A stretch of 64,000 bases of DNA from Candidatus Latescibacterota bacterium (GCA_965208105.1 OZ242318.1:3776001-3840000), one strand, 5' to 3'. Shown: positions 49,941-61,049, counted from the first letter of the stretch. The notes: generated by a model from the letters alone, not told the origin. Translations and numbers: made by a program.

Positions 49941-51611
49941 ATGGGACCGTCCTGGTGTTGCGCCGCGCTGCTCCTGCTCCTTCTAACTGCCGACGGGCGC
50001 GGCCAGACCGGGACAGCGGTGGTCTTTCGCGACGTGGCGTCGGAGGCGGGCCTGGACCTGGTGACCTATTGCGGGAGCCTCGAGAAGAACCACATTCAGG
50101 AGGCCAGCGGGACGGGTGGGGCCTTCTTCGACTACGACGGTGACGGCTACCTGGACCTCTACATCGTCAATGCCTGGAGGATCGTGGACCGCAAGGTGGC
50201 TCGCAAGGGGTCCAATGCCCTCTATCGCAACCGCGGCGACGGGACCTTCGCGGACGTGACCGGGGAAGCCGGCGTGGGGGACATGGGATGGGGCGCAGGT
50301 GCATGCGTGGGGGACTTCGACAACGACGGGAACCCCGACCTCTACGTCACCAACGTGGGCCCAAACCGGCTCTACCGCAACAGGGGGGACGGAACTTTCG
50401 CCGATGTGACCGAGGCGGCGGGAGTGGGAGATCCGGGCACGGGAACGGGCGCGGCTTTTCTGGACTACGATGGCGACGGAGACCTGGACCTCTACGTGGC
50501 CAACTACGTGCGCAGCACCATGGAAGAGGTGCTGGGCGCGGAGCGCAGCAGGATGTGGAGAGGAGTGGGCAATGTCCTGTTCGGCCCGCGGGGACTGCAG
50601 GGGGACGCGGACGCCTTCTACCGCAACAACGGTGACGGCACCTTCACCGACGTCACCGCCGCCGCCGGTTTGTCGGCGAAAGTTCCTTTCTTCGGCTTCG
50701 GTGTCTGCGCCACCGACTACGACGGCGACGGCGACCCGGACATCTACGTGGCCAACGACACCAACCCGAATTTTCTCTACCGCAACAACGGGGACGGCAC
50801 CTTCAGGGAGGTGGGGGGCTCGATGAACGCCGCGCGCTCGAAGGGGGGAATGGCCCAGGCGGGTATGGGAGTGGACGCGGGCGATTTCGACAACGACGGC
50901 GATTTCGATCTCTTCGTCACCAATTTCTCCCAGGACTATTCCACTTTGTACCAAAACCAGGGACGGTACTTCGAAGACATCACTCCGAAGGCGGGATTGT
51001 GGAAGCCGACCTACATGTCCCTGAGTTGGGGCACGGCGTTCTTCGACTACGACAACGACGGAGCCCTGGACCTCTTCATCGCCAACGGCCACATCTATTC
51101 CCAGCTCGACGGTGTGGAGGACCATGCGGAGACCTACAGGCAGGCCAACCAGCTCTTCCACAACCAGGGAGGACGCTTCGTCGATGTATCGGACAAGGCC
51201 GGTCCGGGCATGTCCATTGTTCAGTCGAGCCGAGGCACCGTTTTCGGCGACTACGACAACGACGGGGACGTGGACGTGGCGGTGCTCAACATCGACGAAA
51301 GGCCCAACCTGCTGCGCAACGATGGGGGCAACTCGGGGCATTGGCTGCAGGTGAAGACGGTGGGAACCAGGAGCAACCGGATGGGAATCGGCGCCCGGGT
51401 CCGGGTCCGCTCCGATTCCCTTGTACAGGTCCGCGAGATCCGCTCCGGTTCGAGCTATCTGTCGCAAAACGATATGCGCGCCCACTTCGGCCTGGGAGAG
51501 CGGACCAGGGTGGACACGGTGGAGGTGCGCTGGCCGACGGGCACCGTAGACCTCCTGGTGAACGTAGCCGCGGACCGTCTGATCGTGGTCGAGGAAGGAC
51601 GCGGACGGTGA
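49941..51611 (+). CDS. CRTAC1-family (FG-GAP + ASPIC/UnbV) protein
   Basis: DYDGDG.LDLY repeats, SYLSQND.R.HFGLG. Confidence 0.9.
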   Translation: MGPSWCCAALLLLLLTADGRGQTGTAVVFRDVASEAGLDLVTYCGSLEKNHIQEASGTGGAFFDYDGDGYLDLYIVNAWRIVDRKVARKGSNALYRNRGDGTFADVTGEAGVGDMGWGAGACVGDFDNDGNPDLYVTNVGPNRLYRNRGDGTFADVTEAAGVGDPGTGTGAAFLDYDGDGDLDLYVANYVRSTMEEVLGAERSRMWRGVGNVLFGPRGLQGDADAFYRNNGDGTFTDVTAAAGLSAKVPFFGFGVCATDYDGDGDPDIYVANDTNPNFLYRNNGDGTFREVGGSMNAARSKGGMAQAGMGVDAGDFDNDGDFDLFVTNFSQDYSTLYQNQGRYFEDITPKAGLWKPTYMSLSWGTAFFDYDNDGALDLFIANGHIYSQLDGVEDHAETYRQANQLFHNQGGRFVDVSDKAGPGMSIVQSSRGTVFGDYDNDGDVDVAVLNIDERPNLLRNDGGNSGHWLQVKTVGTRSNRMGIGARVRVRSDSLVQVREIRSGSSYLSQNDMRAHFGLGERTRVDTVEVRWPTGTVDLLVNVAADRLIVVEEGRGR

Positions 51612-53929
51612 GGTGCGGGGGCGGGAGGTTGCGCGCGGGAACGGCGGCGCTGCCCTTGCTGGCGCTCGCCGCGGTGTTTCAGTGCTATGGCTGTGGGCAG
51701 GACCAGGATCGACCCTCTCCGCAGGCGCTGCCGCAGCCGTCCGCAGCCGGGTCCCCCAGGACCCTGTCCAGTCACGACCGCATGCTTGCACTCCTGCGGG
51801 AGACCGCCGTTCTCACCTTGGGCGACCATCCGATCCTGGGCGACAAGTTGGCGCGGGAACTGCGCCCCCGGGTGGCCAGGGCGAGGTTCGATGGATCCTC
51901 TTCCCCGGCGGCGGAACAGGCCATCAAGCTGTACTCCCTGCTGGGGAAAGAGGAGTTGCGCCTGGGAAATATCGATCAGGCCATCGAGCACCTCTCCGCC
52001 GCCTACCGGGGCCGGAAGCTGTCGGGTCGGGAGGGAAGGGCCTCGCCGCAGGAGGTGGCCGAGGCAGCCTACAGCCTGGGCATCGCCTACATGCGCCTGG
52101 GCGAGACCCGGAACTGCTGCGTCCGCAACTCTCCGGAAAGCTGCCTGCTGCCCATCCGGGGCGGCGGCATCCATGCCCATCCTGAAGGTTCGCGGCAGGC
52201 CATAACCTATTTTGCCGAGGTGCTGGGCACGGTTCCGAGGAGCTCGGCTCTCTACATGAAGGCGGTCTGGCTCCTCAACATCATGTACATGACCGTCGGC
52301 GCCTATCCCGACCAGGTCCCGGCGCAATATCTCATCCCACCGCGGCTGTTCGAGTCGGAGGAGCCTTTTCCCAGGTTCGCCAATATAGCCCCCGGGCTTG
52401 GCCTGGACACCTTCGGCCTTCTCGGCAGCGCGGTCGCCGACGATTTCACCGGCGACGGCTATCTCGACATCGTCGTATCGACCTGGGATCCCCACGGCCA
52501 GATGCACTTCTTCCGCAACGACCGGGACGGCACCTTCTCGGACCGCACCGGGCAGGCCAACCTGACCGGCCTGGTCGGCGGTTTCAACATGGTGCAGGCC
52601 GACTACGACAACGATGGCGACCTGGATATTTTCGTTCTGCGCGGCGGTTGGATGCGCCAGGCCGGCCGCATTCCAAACTCACTTTTGCGCAACGCGGGAG
52701 ACGGAACCTTCACCGATGTCACCCTGGACGCCGGACTGGGCGAGGTCCACTATGCGACCCAGACGGGGGCATGGAGCGACTATGACAATGACGGCGACGT
52801 CGACCTCTACGTCGGCAACGAGCCTCTCGATTCTTCCCGGGACTCGCCCGGCCAACTGTTCCGCAACGAGGGAGACGGCACCTTCGTGGACGTGGCCCGG
52901 GAAGCCGGGGTGCTGAACTACGCCTATGCCAAGGCGGTGGGATGGGGGGACTACGACGACGATGGATTCCCCGACCTCTACGTTTCCAACTTCGGCTCCG
53001 CCAATCGACTCTACCGCAACGAGGGAGACGGCACCTTTGTCGACGTGGCCGCGGATGCGGGAGTCGGCGGCCCCGAGAGGAGCTTCCCCACCTGGTTCTG
53101 GGATTTCGACAACGACGGGATCCTGGATTTGTATGTGGGGGGTTACACGTGGGACAACGGCAGCCTGGCGGCAGTGGTGGTCAGCCGGCTGGGCATGCGG
53201 GTCGGCTACGAGGGCGCCCATCTCTACCGCGGAGATGGCGCCGGCGGTTTCGATGAGGTGGCTGCCGAGCACAACCTGGGGGTCCTGACTCTGCCCATGG
53301 CGGGCAACTTCGGCGACCTGGACAACGACGGCTATCTCGACTTCTACCTCGGCACCGGCTACCCGGACTACGAAGCGCTGATGCCCAATGTCATGTACCG
53401 CAACCGCCGCGGGACCGGGTTTGCGGACGTGACCAGCGCCGGCGGGTTCGGCCACCTGCAGAAAGGCCACGGCATCGCCTTCGCCGACCTGGACAACGAC
53501 GGCGATCAGGATGTCTTCGAGCAGATGGGCGGATTTTATCCCGGGGACCAATACTTCAACGTCGCCTTCGAGAACCCCGGCTTCGCCAACCACTGGATCG
53601 GAGTCGAGCTGGTCGGGGTGCGCTCCAACCGCGCGGCCATCGGGGCCCGCATCCGCGCCGAGGTGGTCGAGAACGGGCGGAGGCGATCGATCTACAAGCT
53701 CGTCAACAGCGGCGGCAGCTTCGGCGCCAATCCGCTGCGCCAGACCATCGGCCTGGGAGAGGCATCCAGCATCGAAGTCCTCGAGGTATTCTGGCCCGCG
53801 ACCGGCCAGCGCCAGACATTTCGCCAAATCGCCGCCGACCGCTACATCAGGATAACGGAGGGGGAGGAGCACTACACCACTCTGTCCCTCGAGAAATTGG
53901 ATATGGGCGCTCCATCCCCAGGTGGATGA
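51608..53929 (+). CDS. TPR + CRTAC1/ASPIC-UnbV protein
   Basis: GTGA coupling; TPR-like N-terminus, NCC..N..ESCLLP, GFGHLQKGHG, SGGSFG. Confidence 0.85.
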   Translation: MRCGGGRLRAGTAALPLLALAAVFQCYGCGQDQDRPSPQALPQPSAAGSPRTLSSHDRMLALLRETAVLTLGDHPILGDKLARELRPRVARARFDGSSSPAAEQAIKLYSLLGKEELRLGNIDQAIEHLSAAYRGRKLSGREGRASPQEVAEAAYSLGIAYMRLGETRNCCVRNSPESCLLPIRGGGIHAHPEGSRQAITYFAEVLGTVPRSSALYMKAVWLLNIMYMTVGAYPDQVPAQYLIPPRLFESEEPFPRFANIAPGLGLDTFGLLGSAVADDFTGDGYLDIVVSTWDPHGQMHFFRNDRDGTFSDRTGQANLTGLVGGFNMVQADYDNDGDLDIFVLRGGWMRQAGRIPNSLLRNAGDGTFTDVTLDAGLGEVHYATQTGAWSDYDNDGDVDLYVGNEPLDSSRDSPGQLFRNEGDGTFVDVAREAGVLNYAYAKAVGWGDYDDDGFPDLYVSNFGSANRLYRNEGDGTFVDVAADAGVGGPERSFPTWFWDFDNDGILDLYVGGYTWDNGSLAAVVVSRLGMRVGYEGAHLYRGDGAGGFDEVAAEHNLGVLTLPMAGNFGDLDNDGYLDFYLGTGYPDYEALMPNVMYRNRRGTGFADVTSAGGFGHLQKGHGIAFADLDNDGDQDVFEQMGGFYPGDQYFNVAFENPGFANHWIGVELVGVRSNRAAIGARIRAEVVENGRRRSIYKLVNSGGSFGANPLRQTIGLGEASSIEVLEVFWPATGQRQTFRQIAADRYIRITEGEEHYTTLSLEKLDMGAPSPGG

Positions 53930-53941
53930 GCAGGGGTGCGA

Positions 53942-53970
53942 TTGATCGACACCCGCACTAGTGGTATATT
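53942..53970 (+). promoter_or_regulatory. Putative sigma70 promoter
   Basis: TTGATC-17bp-TATATT with extended TG. Confidence 0.55.
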
Positions 53971-54044
53971 GAGGGTCGGCAACGAGGATGGCAGCACGTC
54001 CCGTACCGGCACAAAGCGTGCGCGGCGAGAATGGAGCATAGCTC

Positions 54045-57008
54045 ATGAGCCGGAGATCACTCTACAGTACCTGGTTTCTGACCCTGACCTTGCCGGCCGC
54101 CATGGGGGCGGAGGAGCCGGTCCGCCTGGCCGTTCCCCAGATGGAGGACGACCGCCCTTTCCTGCGCCGCGAACGGCCTGCCTACCGCAATTTCGTCTAC
54201 AATCCCTTCACCCACTACGGCGACCATACCTGGGGCCAGCGCCGGGCTGGGATCGCGACCCGGCTGGACATGAGAGAGATCGAGCGCGCCCACGCCCTCT
54301 GGAGCCCCCTGGGGGACTACGTGGCCACGGGGTACGATCTCTACACCTGGACCGAACGACGCCAGCCCGAACAGCGCTGGGGCAGCGAGCTTTTCAAGGA
54401 CTGGGCAAGCTGGTCGCAGGAGTTCAACAGCCTGGCGGTGGGGCGCGACGGCTACGGAGATTGGGGCATCATCGCGGCGGTGGGGGATGGCCTGATCGCC
54501 CGCTTCACCCCCCTGACCCTGTCGATGACGGATTACAACGGCCTGCGGCTGGACCTTGCCCTGCCCAGCCTGAAGTTCACCGGCCTGGCGTCGCGCATTT
54601 CGCGTCCCAACCGGGAGTCCTACCTGAGTTCGGAGAATACTGCTGAATTCGCGATCGATCATGGCACCTTGCTTGCGGGAGGGAGGGTCCAGGCAGATAT
54701 CGGCGTCCTCACCCTGGGTCTGAACGGGGTGAACCTGCACTCCTACAACAGCACCCAGCCGGGCAACTCCTCCCGGGGGATGCTGCGCCTGGACCAGCCG
54801 GTCTACGAGTGGATCCTGGTGCGCTTCGGCGATGACGCGCCCCTGGACGGGCGGGCGGGGGCCGCGGTGAGGGAGGTGCGGCTCATCCTCAACGGCGAGC
54901 CCCGGCCCGATTTGCAGCCCCGGGTGGTGCGCCACCAGGACCGGGTCCCCTCACAGGTGGGACGCACCCTGTCATCGGGAGATTTCCTGCCCGTGTTCTA
55001 CAACAGCTACAGGGCGCCGCCGAACTATTACCGGGACCGCCGGATTCCCTACTACGGAGACTATCTCTATCTGATTGCTCACGCCGACGGCCAGGACGTG
55101 AGCGGGTCCACCCACCTGGAGGGGTTGCTTGCCAACTTCGCCCTGGTGGACCCGGAGGGGATCCTGCGCGCCGAAGACCGGGAGCAGCTTGTCTATCTCT
55201 TCGACCTGAGCGGCGAATCACTGATCGAATCGGTCGAGGTGGAGGCGGTCCTGAGCAACGACTACCGGGTGGATTGGGCGGGGCTCTTCCGCAGCCCGGA
55301 CGATCCCAAGGCGCAAAAATTGGAGGTGCGCTACGAAAGCACCTTCTGGCGGCCGGCGTTGCGCGCCCGGGGCAGCGTCGAGGACGGCTCGAACATGCGG
55401 CGGGTGCGCTTCGAGATCGGCGAGAATACGGCGATCTTCACCTACAGCGCGGACATGCAGCTGAACCTGCCGGGGCTGGAGGTGAGCGCGGAGTACGCGC
55501 GTTCCGCGCTCTACGGGCGCTTTCCCGCCCACGTGGAGGGGGCCCCCGCCTTCACTGCCAGTCCACGTTTTGCGCAAAGGGGTTCGGCCTACTTCATCAA
55601 CGCCCTCAAGGAGGTGGGAAGAGGGCGGGTGGGAGCCGAATTCTTCTCCATGAATCCGGACTTCAGGACCGAGATGGAGACCTACCTGCGCAAGGACTAC
55701 GGATATACCTCGAGCCGCGGCTACAGTCCATTCGCCGGACTGGCCAACGATACCATGGTCTGGCGCCTGGTGCAGGACAACGAGGACGGGGACCGCTGGC
55801 CCGACGTGATGCTGGGCAACATCCTCGGAACTCCGCAGACCTTCAACTACCGCACCCTGGATACAAGGGACGGGGACGGCACCCTGCTGGGGCAGGATGA
55901 GGACTACGACGGTATCGTGGATACGGACCGAAATTTCAACGGCATCCCCGACTACGACGAGACCTTCCTGATGTACTCGGTCGAGCCCAACGAATATGTC
56001 TACGGACTCGACCGCAACAACAACGACGAGCCCGACCAGCGCGAGGACGACTGGGAGGTGGACTACCCATACGACGCGGACCAGCGCGGCCTCCATCTCT
56101 TCGGCCAGGTGTCCCTGGGCAGGCACGTGTCCCTGGGGCTGGGGAGGTACGCGGTGGAGGAGCAGGCCGGCGGCGGACGCAACGAATCCACCTATGCCCT
56201 TCTGGGCTACCGCAGGGAAGGAGTAGGCAGCCTGCGCCGGCTCTTTTTCGAGAATCAGCTCCGCCGGGTGAAGGACGACATAGCCGATGAATTCAACCAG
56301 TTCAGCAGGGCGGTCCGGCTGCAGGAGGTGGATATACTCGACCGCCCCGGCAGGGGGGTGTTCCAGGACGTGGTGGGCAGGCTCGAGCGCCGCCCGGACA
56401 GGCTGTTCTACCAGGACAGCGTCGTGAACGAGACCTACCTGGAAGGCTCGTTTCGCCCCTGGTCGACCCTGAACATGGTGCACAAGGTGCGCCTGCGCCT
56501 GAACTGGCAGCAAGGAGGCCGGCTGTCCAACGGGCTCTTCCAGCGCCAGCGCCGGCTGGACTTCTGGGCTTGGAGCAGCCGCGCGGACTACACCTGGCAG
56601 TGGGGCAGACTGCGCGCGGAACCCCAGTTCAAGTTCCTCCACCTGCGCCTGACCGACCGGGAGGACCGGCAGGTTCTGCGCTCCGAGTACCGGGTGATCC
56701 CCATCCTCAAAGTCAGACTTGCGCTGATGAGCCGCACCGCCCTGCAGATGGGGGTGCAGGGCTGGGGACCGCTGCCCTACCGGCTCGCGGACCGCAACGA
56801 GCGGCGCAACAGTATCGAGCAGCGCACCGCGGTGATCACCCTTAACAACAACTCGCGCTACTTCGGCTACGACATGCACACCATCCTCGGGGTGCGGCGC
56901 GAGGAGCTGGACTGGGACGATCGCTTTCAGCGTTTCAGGAACTTCGACGGCTGGACGTTCTTCCTGCGCGCCCTGGTCGGCTTCACCGAGTTCGGCCGGT
57001 TTTTCTGA
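54045..57008 (+). CDS. Large exported hypothetical protein (paralog of 35642-38614)
   Basis: Shared blocks ARFTPLTLSM, GENTAIFTY, DTDRNFNGIPDYDETFLMY, GFTEFG; ends in Phe. Confidence 0.6.
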   Translation: MSRRSLYSTWFLTLTLPAAMGAEEPVRLAVPQMEDDRPFLRRERPAYRNFVYNPFTHYGDHTWGQRRAGIATRLDMREIERAHALWSPLGDYVATGYDLYTWTERRQPEQRWGSELFKDWASWSQEFNSLAVGRDGYGDWGIIAAVGDGLIARFTPLTLSMTDYNGLRLDLALPSLKFTGLASRISRPNRESYLSSENTAEFAIDHGTLLAGGRVQADIGVLTLGLNGVNLHSYNSTQPGNSSRGMLRLDQPVYEWILVRFGDDAPLDGRAGAAVREVRLILNGEPRPDLQPRVVRHQDRVPSQVGRTLSSGDFLPVFYNSYRAPPNYYRDRRIPYYGDYLYLIAHADGQDVSGSTHLEGLLANFALVDPEGILRAEDREQLVYLFDLSGESLIESVEVEAVLSNDYRVDWAGLFRSPDDPKAQKLEVRYESTFWRPALRARGSVEDGSNMRRVRFEIGENTAIFTYSADMQLNLPGLEVSAEYARSALYGRFPAHVEGAPAFTASPRFAQRGSAYFINALKEVGRGRVGAEFFSMNPDFRTEMETYLRKDYGYTSSRGYSPFAGLANDTMVWRLVQDNEDGDRWPDVMLGNILGTPQTFNYRTLDTRDGDGTLLGQDEDYDGIVDTDRNFNGIPDYDETFLMYSVEPNEYVYGLDRNNNDEPDQREDDWEVDYPYDADQRGLHLFGQVSLGRHVSLGLGRYAVEEQAGGGRNESTYALLGYRREGVGSLRRLFFENQLRRVKDDIADEFNQFSRAVRLQEVDILDRPGRGVFQDVVGRLERRPDRLFYQDSVVNETYLEGSFRPWSTLNMVHKVRLRLNWQQGGRLSNGLFQRQRRLDFWAWSSRADYTWQWGRLRAEPQFKFLHLRLTDREDRQVLRSEYRVIPILKVRLALMSRTALQMGVQGWGPLPYRLADRNERRNSIEQRTAVITLNNNSRYFGYDMHTILGVRREELDWDDRFQRFRNFDGWTFFLRALVGFTEFGRFF

Positions 57009-57188
57009 TTGGCGCAGGTGGCGCGCATCCTGCACCAGGACCCGCCTGAGCGGAGGTTTCCTCCTCCGCTGCCGCGGACGGGGCCCTCGCCGGCCGGGCT
57101 TGCCCTCCCAGGCCGGAGCTGGCCACCTCGCCGGTCGGATGAATCGAATTCCCACCCTCAACCCATCCCACAGGAGTCTCCATACTTC

Positions 57189-60100
57189 ATGAAGAACGAC
57201 AACGGCGGCCAGGCGGTGCCGTCCAGAGACCTGCTGTTGCGCCAGTTCGGCAATCCTCCATCCGGGTTCGGCCCCATCGACTGCTGGTGGTGGGAAGGGG
57301 GCCGGCTGGACAAGGAGCAAATGCGCTGGCAGCTGGAGGACATGCGGGAGAAGGGCATATCCGGAACCTGGTACTACCCGCGCTTCGTCCACGGCCAGCC
57401 GCTCTCCTGCGATCCCGAGTACTGGACCGAGAAGTGGTGGGAGTTCACCCGTTTCGCCATCGAGGAGCACCGGCGCCTGGGGTTGATCTACTGGTTCAGC
57501 GACTGGACCTCGCACGAGTATTTCCAGGACGTGCTGCGGCAGGAGCGCGCCGGCAATCCTTCCCTGGGCGGCAGGCGGCTTGTTGTCCACGAGGAGGAAT
57601 CCGCGGGCCCGGGATTGATCGAGATGAAGATTCCGCCCGAGGAGGAGATCGCCGATGCCGCGGCCTACAGAAGGGCGGGTGAGGGCCTGGACTACGACTC
57701 GCGCCGGGAGCTGAAAAACGCCGTCGCCGACGGCCGCCTGGTGTGGGAAGCCCCCGGGGCCGGCTGGGTGGTGGCGGTGGTCAGCAGCCAGCCTTTCGAC
57801 CTGGACTACCTGAGCCGCGGAATGACCGGGAGGTGGATCGAGCTGGTGCTGGGTCCTTACGAGGAGCGCTTCGGGGAGTTCATGGGCAACACCATACAGT
57901 CCTTCGGCACGGATGAATGGAGGTTCATGAAGGGCAACATCCTCCATTCCAGCGACCTGATGCAGCGCTTCCGGGAGGAAAAGGGATACGATCCCGCGCC
58001 CTACCTGGTTGGTCTCTTCCGCGATATCGGCAGGTCCACCGACATGATCCGCTGCCAGTACTACGAAGTCATGTCCTCCCTGCTGGTGGAAAATCTCTAC
58101 AGGCCCTTTGCCTCCTGGCTCGAAGAACGGGGAATGATCTTCACCGAGTTCTGTCCGCGGGGGAAGTGGGAGAATATGCTGGAAGGGACCCACCACTACG
58201 GAGATTTCTTCCGCTACATGGGGACCTACCACATCCCGGGAAACGAAGAGCGCTGCCTCGACCTGGACCGGGTGCGGACATTTCAGGCGAAGATGGCCAG
58301 CTCCATCGCCCATCTCCACGGACGCAGCAGGGTGGGGGTGTGCGTCTACTGGGGGTCCGGGTGGGGTCACAATACCCAGGAGAATCTGGCCTGGACCCAC
58401 GAAAATTACGCCTACGGCGCCAACCTCTACAACCGCCACGGAGTGCTCTACACCACCCTGGGCGGATGGTTCGAGTGGGTGCCGCCGGCGGTGCACTTCC
58501 GCCAACCCTACTGGCGCTACTGGAGGCACTTCAGCGAATATCTCTCCCGGCTGAGCTACATCCTGAGCCAGGGAGTGCATCGCGCCGACGCGGCCTTCCT
58601 CTACCCGCAGGCAACCATTCACGCCAACTGGGAAGACAGGGAGGAGTTCAACGCCATCGCCCGGGAGGTCAACAAGACGACCTATGACCTGGGAAAGCGC
58701 ATCTACCGCAGCGGCATCGACTTCGATTTCATCGACGATTACGGCATGGAGCGCGCTGCCGTGGAGGGCGGGTTGCTGAAGGTGGCCGGCCTCGAGTTCC
58801 GCGCCGTGGTCATGCCGCCGCAGACGACCATGCGGCTGAGCACCCTGCGCAAGGTCAGGGAGTTCCGCGACGGCGGAGGCACCGTAGTTTCCTATGGCCG
58901 CCTGCCGGGGGCTTCGGCCGAGAACGGGCGGGACGACGCGCAGCTGCGCCGCCTGCTGCAGGAGATTTTCGGCGTCGACTCCAGCGCGGGAGTCGAGGAG
59001 GTGGTGCGCCATGGCAGGGCATCCTTCGTACCCGCCGGCCAGGCAAAGGTGGCGGAAATCCTCTCGGAGTCCATCGAGCGGGACGTGGTTGCCTCGGCGG
59101 GAGACGTCTATCACACCCACCAGCAGGTGGGCTCCACGGATGTCTACTTCCTCTTCAACAATCTGCAGGAAAAACGGCGGATCTCCTTCGACCTGCGGGT
59201 CGCCGGCGCTCCCGAGGTATGGGAGGCCTCCAGCGGAATTGCCCGGCCTCTGCACCGTTTCGAGGTCCGCGGCGGGCGCACCCGGGCGCAGCTGGACATG
59301 GAACCCTTCGAGGCGGTCGTGCTGGTCTTCGGCGGATCGAAGGGCGTTCCCCAGGTCGTGGAGGACGACCTGACCATCATTTCGAAGGTGAAGGCGGGCG
59401 CGGATGGCCTCGAGCTCGACGGATTCGATGCGGCGGGTGGCGAGAAGATGGTCCGGATTCTGCACGCCGGCCGAGAGTACGCTGCGGAGGGCCGGGTGGA
59501 TGCGCCGCCGCAACCACTTGCCCTTGACGGTGAGTGGGACTTCCGCCTCGAGCCCACCATGAACAATCAGTGGGGGGATTTTCGCCATCCTGCGGCGAAG
59601 GAGTACATCGGCGCCGAGGTGCGCCGACTGCGATATAGGGAGGCGGCCGGTGTGGACGGCGTGGAGGAGGGTTGGCACCTGCCCCACTGCGACGATTCGG
59701 AGTGGGAGCGGGTTACCTACTCACATGGCCCCTACTGGTGGACCATCGGACCTTTTGCTCCCGGCGAGGAACCCGCCGATTTGCTGCGCCGGGCGCGCAA
59801 CGGGGAGGTGGACAGCGCAGAGGCCTGCGAAGCGGGCGGAGCCACCTTGCGCTGGCGGCCCTACAGCTTTTCCCAGAAGCACGGGTACGAGTCGAGGGAA
59901 GGGACCAGTGCCATGCAGGTCGCGCTCAACATGAACGGCCTGACCGGCGTGCCGAAGGAGTTCCTCGTATTTCAGGCCGTCGATGCCGACCCGGAAACCG
60001 CCGCCGCCGATATCGAGGCGCCGCCCGCGGACGCGGCATCCAGGACGGAATCCGGGGGCCGGGAAGGGGAGGCGAAGGTTTACCAGCGCTACCTCTTCAC

Positions 60101-61049
60101 CTGGATATGGTCGCCCGAGGACAGGGAGTACGTCTTCGACTTCGGCGGCGAGACCCGATGGCCGCGTCAGGCCTGGGTCAATGGAAGAGAGGTCGTTGCC
60201 GCCGGCCTCGAGGAAGCCGGGGCGCGGGCCGTGGTCAGGCTCAACGAGGGACACAATGCGGTGTTTTTGAGGATAGGTCAGCCGGCGGCGGAGACCATCG
60301 AGACCTACGCCGCCTTCTGCGAAGGCGAGGTCCCCGCCGTCGATCCCTACCTGCCCTTGCTGCCCTGGTTCGGGGAAGGGCACAGGCTGGTTTACGATAT
60401 CTCGCCCCGGGCCGGGAGGCGGGTGGGTTGGTACCGGTTTTCCGCTCCTCCGGGGGTCGAGACCATGCGCATGCACCTGCAGGCCGAGGCGGTGCAGGCC
60501 TGGGTGGACGGAAGACCGGTGCGGGTGGAGAAGGACCGGGTGGTTCTGGATGCGCCGGAGGAGAGAGCTTCGCAGGTGGCCCTGCGGGTGGTGCAGAAGC
60601 CGGGCTGTTACGCGGGGGCGGCTTTTTCCCTGCCGGTGGCCTTCGAGTGCGCCGCGGGCAGGATCCCTCCTGGCGACTGGTGCGACCACGGGCTGAGGGA
60701 ATACTCCGGAGGCGGGGTGTACACCACCACGGTCGAGCTGCGGCGGGAGCATTTGCGGGGAATGGTGGTCCTGGACCTGGGGCGGGTCGTTGCCACCGCG
60801 GAAGTGGAGGTGAACGGCCGGCCCGCGGGGGTGCGGATGGCCCTGCCGTTCCGCTTCGACATCAGTGGCCTGGTGCGGGAAGGGGAGAACAGGGTCGAGG
60901 TGAAGGTGGTGAACACCCTGGCCAACCACATGAGCTCCTACCCGACGAACTTCGTCTACGACGGGCAGATGGTCTCCGGCATGCTGGGTCCGGTGAGGAT
61001 CGAGTTTCTGTCGAAGGTCGGGCTGCAGTGCGCTCCTCTGCATGGATAG
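57189..61049 (+). CDS. Glycoside hydrolase, GH106 (alpha-L-rhamnosidase)-like, with GH2-type sugar-binding C-terminus
   Basis: WWWEG, FGTDE, ASSIAH, GIDFDFID, LDLGRV...EVEVNG, SGMLGPV. Confidence 0.75.
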   Translation: MKNDNGGQAVPSRDLLLRQFGNPPSGFGPIDCWWWEGGRLDKEQMRWQLEDMREKGISGTWYYPRFVHGQPLSCDPEYWTEKWWEFTRFAIEEHRRLGLIYWFSDWTSHEYFQDVLRQERAGNPSLGGRRLVVHEEESAGPGLIEMKIPPEEEIADAAAYRRAGEGLDYDSRRELKNAVADGRLVWEAPGAGWVVAVVSSQPFDLDYLSRGMTGRWIELVLGPYEERFGEFMGNTIQSFGTDEWRFMKGNILHSSDLMQRFREEKGYDPAPYLVGLFRDIGRSTDMIRCQYYEVMSSLLVENLYRPFASWLEERGMIFTEFCPRGKWENMLEGTHHYGDFFRYMGTYHIPGNEERCLDLDRVRTFQAKMASSIAHLHGRSRVGVCVYWGSGWGHNTQENLAWTHENYAYGANLYNRHGVLYTTLGGWFEWVPPAVHFRQPYWRYWRHFSEYLSRLSYILSQGVHRADAAFLYPQATIHANWEDREEFNAIAREVNKTTYDLGKRIYRSGIDFDFIDDYGMERAAVEGGLLKVAGLEFRAVVMPPQTTMRLSTLRKVREFRDGGGTVVSYGRLPGASAENGRDDAQLRRLLQEIFGVDSSAGVEEVVRHGRASFVPAGQAKVAEILSESIERDVVASAGDVYHTHQQVGSTDVYFLFNNLQEKRRISFDLRVAGAPEVWEASSGIARPLHRFEVRGGRTRAQLDMEPFEAVVLVFGGSKGVPQVVEDDLTIISKVKAGADGLELDGFDAAGGEKMVRILHAGREYAAEGRVDAPPQPLALDGEWDFRLEPTMNNQWGDFRHPAAKEYIGAEVRRLRYREAAGVDGVEEGWHLPHCDDSEWERVTYSHGPYWWTIGPFAPGEEPADLLRRARNGEVDSAEACEAGGATLRWRPYSFSQKHGYESREGTSAMQVALNMNGLTGVPKEFLVFQAVDADPETAAADIEAPPADAASRTESGGREGEAKVYQRYLFTWIWSPEDREYVFDFGGETRWPRQAWVNGREVVAAGLEEAGARAVVRLNEGHNAVFLRIGQPAAETIETYAAFCEGEVPAVDPYLPLLPWFGEGHRLVYDISPRAGRRVGWYRFSAPPGVETMRMHLQAEAVQAWVDGRPVRVEKDRVVLDAPEERASQVALRVVQKPGCYAGAAFSLPVAFECAAGRIPPGDWCDHGLREYSGGGVYTTTVELRREHLRGMVVLDLGRVVATAEVEVNGRPAGVRMALPFRFDISGLVREGENRVEVKVVNTLANHMSSYPTNFVYDGQMVSGMLGPVRIEFLSKVGLQCAPLHG

